IMG/VR virus record: IMGVR_UViG_3300003323_000851
Coordinates: 1 to 64,000 of that record
Strand: one strand, 5' to 3'
DNA: 64,000 nt
Origin: a virus
Position 1 is the first letter of the stretch. Every line of letters starts with the position of its first letter. The position numbers and the translations under genes are program-made. This document shows, piece by piece, positions 1 to 6,186 of this stretch. The notes under the pieces are model-generated. The model worked only from the letters and a program-made list of their open reading frames with translations, was not told the DNA's origin and did not search any database.

Positions 1-151
1 TCTCGTAGGTGGGCTGGGGTGTTTGTCGTCCGTTTGTAGGCAGCAATCCTTCTTCCCACATTTTATTATAATCGTAGCGAAGTTTAGCAACTTCAGTTTC
101 CAGGCGTTGCAATATCTGATGATGCCTTTCGAGCCGTTCTTCAGTTGTCAT
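1..151 (-). CDS. hypothetical protein, N-terminal part only (gene runs off the left edge)
   Basis: ATG at 149-151 on the minus strand, with the frame open to position 1. MTTEERLERHHQILQRLETEVAKL looks helical. Confidence 0.4.
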   Translation of the reverse strand, partial: MTTEERLERHHQILQRLETEVAKLRYDYNKMWEEGLLPTNGRQTPQPTYE

Positions 152-160
152 GGTTGGTGT

Positions 161-346
161 TTAGAGTTGATTAAACATTTTCTTTTTCTCCCGCTCCACA
201 TCCGCAGGGCGGTACTTAATATAGTATCCCTTGCGCACCGGCACAAGGCGTCCATTTTTTGCCCAATAGGTGAGCGTACGGCGTGATACTTCCAGTATCT
301 TTACCACCTCATCGGCCGTCAACATATTGTCCCAATTCTTAATCAT
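161..346 (-). CDS. excisionase-family helix-turn-helix DNA-binding protein
   Basis: 61 aa. LTADEVVKILEVSRRTLTYWAKNGRL matches the Xis/AlpA (HTH_17)-type HTH pattern. Confidence 0.65.
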   Translation of the reverse strand: MIKNWDNMLTADEVVKILEVSRRTLTYWAKNGRLVPVRKGYYIKYRPADVEREKKKMFNQL

Positions 347-628
347 ACAGCAAAAATAAAATAAATATTTGGCAATTTGCGCAATTATGGAATTTATTTT
401 ATTATCTTTGAATCCCTAACATAGGCGTTAGTCTATAACACAAAAATTTATTTTATGTAACATTCTTAAACTTCGTAGGTGCAGTTGGACTTAAGAAGGC
501 CGAGACGGCGCGCAAAACGAGCAGCAATCGTTAACTGTTGTGACACCTCGGAAAATTAGACAGGGCCAACGAGGGGCCGTTTAGCAGATCGTAAATCGCC
601 ACTTTCCGGTTCGTGCGTAACCGGGCTT

Positions 629-744
629 GAAGCGAACGCACATAGGTAGTGCCGGAGTAATTACCGCCGTGGGTTTCAAAGCCTGCTACTCAGCAATGAG
701 TACAGTTGGTCTGGGTGCAGGTTCGAGTCCTGCTCGCTTCGCCA
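629..744 (+). tRNA. tRNA-like gene, non-canonical length (116 nt), encoded CCA, isotype unassigned
   Basis: Perfect 7-bp acceptor stem: GAAGCGA 629-635 with TCGCTTC 734-740. D-arm GCAC-ATAGGTA-GTGC at 638-652. T-arm GCAGG-TTCGAGT-CCTGC at 717-733. G73 followed by CCA at 741-744. The 63 nt between the D and T arms do not fold as one 17-nt anticodon arm. Confidence 0.5.
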
Positions 745-820
745 CGGTTCATGCACGGGAGATTGAATTTGTTAATCGTGAGCTTTTATTTTCTATTTTA
801 TAAATCAAACAAAACGTAAA

Positions 821-2245
821 ATGAACAAACTTCAAAGAGAAGTAGCAATCCCTCGTGAGATTGCTCAGCTATTAAAAATGGTTGGCGTCGATGTACCCGA
901 CAACATGAAAGAAATTCAAACCCCTACAGAGTATTCCACAGAGACACAAAAGATTATCCTACCGAAAGGCATGGATAAACTTGTGGCGGCTAAAGAACTG
1001 GAGGCCCAATGGAAAAACGAAGAGTCTGTTAACGACTTTTCGACTAACTTCCAGGGATGGAACTGGCAGGATGTGCTTATTGCCGTGCGCAGAGTAACTG
1101 AACGCGAGTTCGGTTGGATGAATGGCAAGTCTGATTTTTGGAGCGGTGACCCAAAAGAGATTGACATTGTAGTAGATGTGAAGCATGGTAAGAAGGTCAA
1201 TGAAAAGGCGTTCTACGGCAATTTCAAAATCACAGGATGGGAAAACGCCCACGCCCAAATCGAGATCAACCGCGGCGGCGTGGCTATTATTAACATCAAT
1301 GCCAAGCGCAAGTTTTCGCAGCCTATCACGAATTATTTCAACATGATCCGTGAGCAATTAGAAACCGCTAGTATTTACAGGGGTAAAAACATTGTTGTCA
1401 CTCGCGAAGGCGATAACGGCCTTAATTTCGAGATCATCGAGAACAAGGGTAGTGACAAGATTGTTCTCAACCGCGGCGAACGACTTGTTGTTGATACTTT
1501 TGTATTAGGCTCCTTGGGTGAGCCTGGCAAAAGGTGCTACCTTTTCACAGGTGGCTATGGCACTGGTAAAACAGAGACCGCCATGCAGGTTGGTCGTGTG
1601 GCAGTGGCTGAACATGGCATGTCTTTCTTTTACCTGAAAGACGCTGTAGCCTTTGACCAATTGCTTAATCAGTGTAAAAAATATCAACCCTGCGTGATCT
1701 TCCTTGAAGATGTGGATGAGATCGCATCTGGCAATCAACGCGATTCGCAGATGAACAAGATACTGAACACCTTAGACGGCGTTCAAACGAAAGGCAACGA
1801 TCTTACTGTTATCTTTACCACCAACCACCCGGAGAAGATCAACAGCGCTCTGCGTCGCCCCGGTCGTATTGATGTGATGATTAAGTTCGAAAACTCCGAT
1901 CAGGAAGCAAAAGAAGAAATCTACAAGATTTATCTAAAGGATATTCCTGGGGCTGAAATGCTGGACTACAAGTCTTTGGCAAAAGTAACACCGGATGTAC
2001 AAGGTGCTGTAGTCGCTGAAATCGCTAAACGTTCTGTAAAACTGTCTCAGAAGCAAGGAACAGTCACCGATGACTTGGTAGAGTCCTGTATTCACAGCAT
2101 GAAGTACCAAATCGAACTGATGAACGACGAACTGAAAGAAGTGAATGAATCAGAGCAATTCATTCGCCTGCTCGGAAAACTTTTGGCTCCACATATATGG
2201 CAGACACAAGAGGCTCGTGATGTGGTTCATTATGTGAACAACTAA
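821..2245 (+). CDS. classical-clade AAA ATPase with an uncharacterised ~230-aa N-terminal domain
   Basis: Walker A GGYGTGKT and Walker B VIFLEDVDE. Second region of homology TTNHPEKINSALRRPGRID, as in FtsH/Cdc48-type AAA proteins. Confidence 0.85.
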   Translation: MNKLQREVAIPREIAQLLKMVGVDVPDNMKEIQTPTEYSTETQKIILPKGMDKLVAAKELEAQWKNEESVNDFSTNFQGWNWQDVLIAVRRVTEREFGWMNGKSDFWSGDPKEIDIVVDVKHGKKVNEKAFYGNFKITGWENAHAQIEINRGGVAIININAKRKFSQPITNYFNMIREQLETASIYRGKNIVVTREGDNGLNFEIIENKGSDKIVLNRGERLVVDTFVLGSLGEPGKRCYLFTGGYGTGKTETAMQVGRVAVAEHGMSFFYLKDAVAFDQLLNQCKKYQPCVIFLEDVDEIASGNQRDSQMNKILNTLDGVQTKGNDLTVIFTTNHPEKINSALRRPGRIDVMIKFENSDQEAKEEIYKIYLKDIPGAEMLDYKSLAKVTPDVQGAVVAEIAKRSVKLSQKQGTVTDDLVESCIHSMKYQIELMNDELKEVNESEQFIRLLGKLLAPHIWQTQEARDVVHYVNN

Positions 2246-2264
2246 CGGCGTTTTGTTTGATGAA

Positions 2265-2297
2265 AGGAAGTGGGGTTCACCCTGCTTCCTTATTTTT
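2265..2297 (+). terminator. intrinsic terminator after the AAA ATPase gene
   Basis: AGGAAG/CTTCCT outer stem with an inner GGG/CCC stem, followed by TATTTTT. Confidence 0.6.
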
Positions 2298-2317
2298 AAA
2301 CTTATTATACTACTAAA

Positions 2318-2632
2318 ATGGACATTAAACATCTCGAATTAACCGAACAGGACTTCGCGCTCTTACTGGAAGGTCTCGAATCTCTGCCCGAAAAAGGAAC
2401 AGCGGGCGAAATGATGGGTATGTTATTGGAGGGCATGATCACCGATAAATCCCCCGAAGCACAGGCTAAAATGAAATACGAGCGAGAACGGCGGTCAAAG
2501 GAATTGCAGAAAAAGAGAGACGATCAAAAAGAAGACATCCGCATCCTGCAAGGTAAGTTAATTATGCTGAAGCGCTGGTTGCAGACGCAGGGTGCGTTGA
2601 AAGCTGTGGATGATATTGTTAATCCACTCTGA
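2318..2632 (+). CDS. hypothetical charged, helical small protein
   Basis: 104 aa, Lys/Glu-rich (ERERRSKELQKKRDDQKEDIRILQGKL). Has its own terminator. Confidence 0.6.
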   Translation: MDIKHLELTEQDFALLLEGLESLPEKGTAGEMMGMLLEGMITDKSPEAQAKMKYERERRSKELQKKRDDQKEDIRILQGKLIMLKRWLQTQGALKAVDDIVNPL

Positions 2633-2637
2633 CCACC

Positions 2638-2664
2638 AGCCGCTTCCCACGAAGCGGCTTTTTT
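2638..2664 (+). terminator. intrinsic terminator
   Basis: 9-bp stem AGCCGCTTC/GAAGCGGCT with loop CCAC, followed by a T6 run. Confidence 0.8.
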
Positions 2665-2675
2665 AAACGATCAAC

Positions 2676-2975
2676 ATGAACTACTACCAGATAAATGAAG
2701 CTCTGCGCAAGGTATTCAACGAAAGGGTAAGCGATCTTTGCGGTCAGCCTGAGCGACGTATTATAGAAGGCGTTGGTGTGATGATAGAGATTTACAGGCA
2801 ATCTCCCTACGATTCCTATGGATGGCATTGTGTCAAATACTTTCCAGACCATAATGTTTACATTCGACTGAGTGGAAGGACAGACACTCGCCTTTATGAC
2901 GATAAGCCTTTATTCGAAAGATGGGATGAAGCGGTCAGGCAGACGTTTCCAACGACCAAAACTATATATGAGTAG
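2676..2975 (+). CDS. hypothetical protein
   Basis: 99-aa ORF in the plus-strand island. No motif recognised. Confidence 0.5.
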   Translation: MNYYQINEALRKVFNERVSDLCGQPERRIIEGVGVMIEIYRQSPYDSYGWHCVKYFPDHNVYIRLSGRTDTRLYDDKPLFERWDEAVRQTFPTTKTIYE

Positions 2976-3068
2976 GCTTGTCAGCTAAATCGCATTAGCA
3001 CAAACTATATACATCCCACCCGCACAAGTATCGAATTTAGCAGCCGTCCAACTGCGAAACACTTTTAC

Positions 3069-3356
3069 ATGTTAGCAATCCTCCTTTCAGTTGTGCTCAG
3101 TTCATTCAATGTATCAATTACTACAGCCGGTGGCAAAACCTTCGTAGCTATCGATGTGGCTTATTCTGAAACCCTGACAGATCCTTATCAGGCTACTTTT
3201 GACGTAGTGTTCTCGACGCCAAGCGGTCCAGAAACCAGAACCTATGTGGTGATCACCTCAGAAGGAATTAGCGGCAATACTGGGTTCTTCCGTATTCCCG
3301 CAGGGTACAATATTACCGGTTATGAAATGGTCAGTTACGGCCCGTATGTGGAGTAA
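3069..3356 (+). CDS. hypothetical protein with hydrophobic N-terminus
   Basis: 95 aa. MLAILLSVVLSSFNV looks like a signal or anchor segment and the rest is beta-rich. Confidence 0.5.
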   Translation: MLAILLSVVLSSFNVSITTAGGKTFVAIDVAYSETLTDPYQATFDVVFSTPSGPETRTYVVITSEGISGNTGFFRIPAGYNITGYEMVSYGPYVE

Positions 3357-3363
3357 AGAAACG

Positions 3364-3393
3364 AGCCCCTGGCGATCAGCTGGGGGCTTTTTT
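3364..3393 (+). terminator. intrinsic terminator closing the plus-strand island
   Basis: AGCCCC/GGGGCT stem followed by a T6 run. Confidence 0.7.
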
Positions 3394-3465
3394 AAAATCA
3401 AAAGAGCCTCCGGGTGCGCTGTTCGACGGGAAGCGTGGAGACTACTGTTGTTGCGAAGATACGAA

Positions 3466-3876
3466 TTATTCCATACTGACCACCCGTGCGCGCTCTTTGA
3501 TGGGTATAACAAGTAGTATAGTAGTAAGTGCGGCGCCGATCAGCAAACTGTAATATGTCCAGTAGGAACTTTTGTAGTTCCACCAGAACATCCACAGGTC
3601 AGCAAGATGAAAGAAAAACCACTGTGTAACTATCATAAAGAGCCGCTTTGAATACTTGCCAGAAAGCCACGCTGCAAAGAAGTAGGTAAAGATTAATAAC
3701 ACATCATCAAAGCTCATCTTTAAATACCATTGGATGGTGAGCATCCTTTTGTATATAGCAGAAAAGAATAAGTCCAGCTCCTGCAAAGCAATAGCCGGAC
3801 TTATCAGTGAATGAATTTCTGTCGCTACATGAAATAGCCACAGAGCAATAGCAATAACGGTTACTTTAGCCCTCAT
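3466..3876 (-). CDS. polytopic membrane protein (about 4 TM segments)
   Basis: 136 aa with several hydrophobic stretches rich in W and F. It is the last gene of the long minus-strand operon. Confidence 0.6.
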   Translation of the reverse strand: MRAKVTVIAIALWLFHVATEIHSLISPAIALQELDLFFSAIYKRMLTIQWYLKMSFDDVLLIFTYFFAAWLSGKYSKRLFMIVTQWFFFHLADLWMFWWNYKSSYWTYYSLLIGAALTTILLVIPIKERARVVSME

Positions 3877-4037
3877 GGTTTCGGCGGGCCGGGCGGCGGC
3901 GGTGGCGTTCCACCGGGATTAGAACTATCGTCACCATCGTCCTGTGCCGATATGTCAGACGGATCTATTTCCCGAATCAATTTATTGATCTCGCGGCGCC
4001 ACCTTTTAAGCTGCTTTACTATTTCCTCGTTGGTCAT
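3873..4037 (-). CDS. small hypothetical protein with Pro-rich tail
   Basis: 54 aa, below the ORF-track cutoff and read by hand: MTNEEIVKQLKRWRREINKL...GGTPPPPPGPPKP. ATGA overlap with the next gene. Confidence 0.4.
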   Translation of the reverse strand: MTNEEIVKQLKRWRREINKLIREIDPSDISAQDDGDDSSNPGGTPPPPPGPPKP

Positions 4038-4305
4038 TGCGTTTTATTTTTCGGTTTTGATAACGCTTTTTGAATCTCTGCCATTTTGGTTTTAGCCAGT
4101 ACTTCCACGCATCGTGAGCTATTACCGTAGCCAGACCAGAGGCAAAGGCTAATACACTCGTTGCGAACAACTTGGCAAAGAAAATGAATACTACATTCCC
4201 CTTAGCAAAAGAAGACCCAAAAAGAAAAGTAAAGCCTGCAATAGCCCCTGGTACAAATCCCCGGAAGAAAATTTTAATTTTTTCAGCCACGAAGAACTTC
4301 CACAT
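4006..4305 (-). CDS. small membrane protein with basic C-terminus (holin-like architecture)
   Basis: 99 aa with 2-3 TM segments, then KPKWQRFKKRYQNRKIKRNDQR. Confidence 0.55.
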   Translation of the reverse strand: MWKFFVAEKIKIFFRGFVPGAIAGFTFLFGSSFAKGNVVFIFFAKLFATSVLAFASGLATVIAHDAWKYWLKPKWQRFKKRYQNRKIKRNDQRGNSKAA

Positions 4306-4397
4306 GTTTTTGTGTAGGTTTTATAAGCCATGAACAATAGTGTTGTGGAGTTGCTAATCCCAGTTAAAAATAATACTATCATGGCGGTAATTGCAAT

Positions 4398-4700
4398 TTA
4401 TTTGCCGTCTTTCACCGGTGGAATGTTCACATCAATCTGGGCCTGTTGTTCCGCGGGCAGGTTTGACACGTAGTTATCATCCGTATCAACCAGCATCATG
4501 CCGATAAACTTCACGACAGCCACCAAGGCCACGTTGATTATCAGTGTGAGACGGACGGCTTTAAGCTCATCCTCGAACCCCCATGTCTGTATGATCGCCA
4601 CGGCGGCAGGAATCAGAACGATGAGTAAACCGCGCTCCAGGTTGCGCCACCATTTGGGAGCCGGCCTTGCGGCGCCGGCAGCCGATATTCTTGTTGCCAT
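4398..4700 (-). CDS. small membrane protein (2 TM segments)
   Basis: 100 aa. LLIVLIPAAVAIIQTW and LTLIINVALVAVVKFIGMML are hydrophobic spans. Confidence 0.55.
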   Translation of the reverse strand: MATRISAAGAARPAPKWWRNLERGLLIVLIPAAVAIIQTWGFEDELKAVRLTLIINVALVAVVKFIGMMLVDTDDNYVSNLPAEQQAQIDVNIPPVKDGK

Positions 4701-4757
4701 ATTCTACGATTTTAGTATCTTAGTTCCTTATAGTTGTTTATTATTGGTTTAGGGTAG

Positions 4758-4784
4758 GGCCGCCCGTTTTGGGCGGTCTTTTTT
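4758..4784 (+). terminator. intrinsic terminator with plus-strand polarity inside a minus-strand gene array
   Basis: 8-bp stem GGCCGCCC/GGGCGGTC (one G-U pair) followed by a T6 run on the plus strand only. Confidence 0.5.
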
Positions 4785-4851
4785 ATGCAAATAAGCCGAA
4801 ATATTTCTCCTTATCCGGCCATCTCCTAACAACTCCTAAGTTCTCCAAAAA

Positions 4852-5028
4852 TTAGGAGTTGCGTACCGCCCGCATGATCCCCCAGCCAATCACCAGGAAG
4901 CCTACCGCTACGAGCGCGCCACCGATCGGCTTGTTCTCATACCCATGCATCAGCATCGTAGACCGGATAGCCCAGCCCGCTGCAAACAGGATAACCCCAG
5001 TGATCAATATGGCGCGGGCCCGTTTCAT
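4852..5028 (-). CDS. small membrane protein (2 TM segments)
   Basis: 58 aa, read by hand: MKRARAILITGVILFAAGWAI...GGALVAVGFLVIGWGIM. ATGA overlap with the upstream gene. Confidence 0.5.
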   Translation of the reverse strand: MKRARAILITGVILFAAGWAIRSTMLMHGYENKPIGGALVAVGFLVIGWGIMRAVRNS

Positions 5029-5192
5029 TTGATAAGCTCTTTGGCCTCCTTGACCGTGATCAGGCCGAATATAAATGCCGCAACGACCAGCCCCACCGCG
5101 ATACCAATAGCAATGTTTTTGATCTGCTGCTGGGTGCGTTCGATCACTTCAAGCCGCTTCTCCATCCCGTCAAGGCGGTCGTCAGTGGTCAT
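5025..5192 (-). CDS. small C-terminally anchored membrane protein
   Basis: 55 aa, read by hand: MTTDDRLDGMEKRLEVIERTQQQIKNIAIGIAVGLVVAAFIFGLI. ATGA overlaps at both ends. Confidence 0.5.
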   Translation of the reverse strand: MTTDDRLDGMEKRLEVIERTQQQIKNIAIGIAVGLVVAAFIFGLITVKEAKELIK

Positions 5193-5386
5193 ACGTCCAG
5201 TTTTTCAAGGGTGCCGGGAATAGCGTCTCGGAAGGCCAAGAACTGCTCTTCTGTCATTTGGTAGAAGTTGACTCCCTCGTTAGCCTTGGTCAAGCGGTAC
5301 TGATCGAAAAGCGATACTGTTTGCAATATCTCTTTGCTTGAGCGCCGTCTGTACTTCACGCCGTCTTTTATAATGATGTCACTCAT
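5189..5386 (-). CDS. hypothetical protein
   Basis: 65-aa ORF overlapping both neighbouring genes by a few nt. Confidence 0.5.
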   Translation of the reverse strand: MSDIIIKDGVKYRRRSSKEILQTVSLFDQYRLTKANEGVNFYQMTEEQFLAFRDAIPGTLEKLDV

Positions 5387-6180
5387 ATATCATACGTTTT
5401 CCCGCCCGTGGTCGTCACGCTAATAATGGTTTCGGATGTACTGTCACTGAATTTCAGCAGCTTGCCAGCGTAGTCAATGCCGGTGACTGTGCGGGGTGGA
5501 GCGGGTTGCACCCCCGTCCTGCCTTGTGCCGCCAGCCAGGTGTATAGTTCGGGCATGTTATAAACCGCGCTCCACACACCATGCCCACCGGTACTCATCA
5601 GGGTGATCTTAGGGGCAATAGCGGGCGCAAACTTATTCACATCGTCTACATGCCACTGGGTAGCCATGTAGTTGACGTTTTTGTCGTCTTTGGCATGGAA
5701 CGCCCAGACTGGTACCCGCGCCTTGCCGATCAATGAGTAATCGCCTGGCTGCGTGAACGTGCCACAAATCGGAACGGCTGCAGCCACACGGGACGCATTG
5801 GCCAGACTGGAGGCAAGGTAATACCAAACGCTCCCGCCGCCCATTGACAGACCGGTCAGGTACATGTAGTTCGGATCAAGACCGTACGTTTTAAGGGCGT
5901 AATCAGCCACTTTATTGATGTGTTCCGGCTTGTGGATGTTCTCCCAGCCGTTGAGCTTCAGGACAACCTGAGGCATTACAACATACCAGCCCAGCCGCTC
6001 GCAGTTGGTCAGCAGGTTGGCGAAGTTCTTGTTGTCGATCAGCTTCTCTTGCACATCCTTATCACTCCCGTCTCCGATCTCACCCAGCCCGTGCAGGGCC
6101 ACAACCCATCGTTTGGTTGGTTTTGCAGGCGTCCAGATTACGGCTGGTATCTTGTCAACGAATACTTTGGTAGGTGTCAT
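5383..6180 (-). CDS. alpha/beta-hydrolase esterase (carbohydrate-esterase/PHB-depolymerase-like)
   Basis: Nucleophile elbow GLSMGG. Also AFHAKDD and GGHGVW, consistent with the Asp and His of a catalytic triad. Confidence 0.75.
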   Translation of the reverse strand: MTPTKVFVDKIPAVIWTPAKPTKRWVVALHGLGEIGDGSDKDVQEKLIDNKNFANLLTNCERLGWYVVMPQVVLKLNGWENIHKPEHINKVADYALKTYGLDPNYMYLTGLSMGGGSVWYYLASSLANASRVAAAVPICGTFTQPGDYSLIGKARVPVWAFHAKDDKNVNYMATQWHVDDVNKFAPAIAPKITLMSTGGHGVWSAVYNMPELYTWLAAQGRTGVQPAPPRTVTGIDYAGKLLKFSDSTSETIISVTTTGGKTYDI

Positions 6181-6186
6181 AACTGG

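Noticed and set aside
23-286. 87-aa plus-strand ORF at the left edge
   Set aside because: It lies antisense to the excisionase-like gene and the partial upstream gene. Its composition is odd and Cys/Phe-rich, with no motif. It is probably a shadow ORF.
400-744. Possible tmRNA ending at the T-arm and CCA at 717-744
   Set aside because: No acceptor 5' strand or GGGG-type start lies 300-400 nt upstream. The only complements are at 629 and 654. No resume codon or Ala-rich tag frame ending in hydrophobic residues was found, and the discriminator is G rather than A.
629-744. tRNA-Sec (selC-like) assignment, suggested by the TTTCAAA loop and the similarity of the 3' end to E. coli selC
   Set aside because: An 8-bp acceptor stem would need an A-C mismatch. 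The D-arm is 4 bp with a 7-nt loop, not 6 bp with a 4-nt loop. The stem closing a 7-nt UCA loop does not pair. No selA, selB or SECIS context is visible.
1-820. Integrase or complete lysogeny module
   Set aside because: Only an excisionase-like HTH gene is present. No tyrosine or serine recombinase motif occurs anywhere in the window, so temperate status and the att site remain inferences.
4191-4382. 63-aa minus-strand ORF overlapping the 99-aa membrane protein gene
   Set aside because: It overlaps 4006..4305 by 115 nt in another frame, and the 99-aa product has the more coherent TM plus basic-tail architecture. It is kept out of the feature list.
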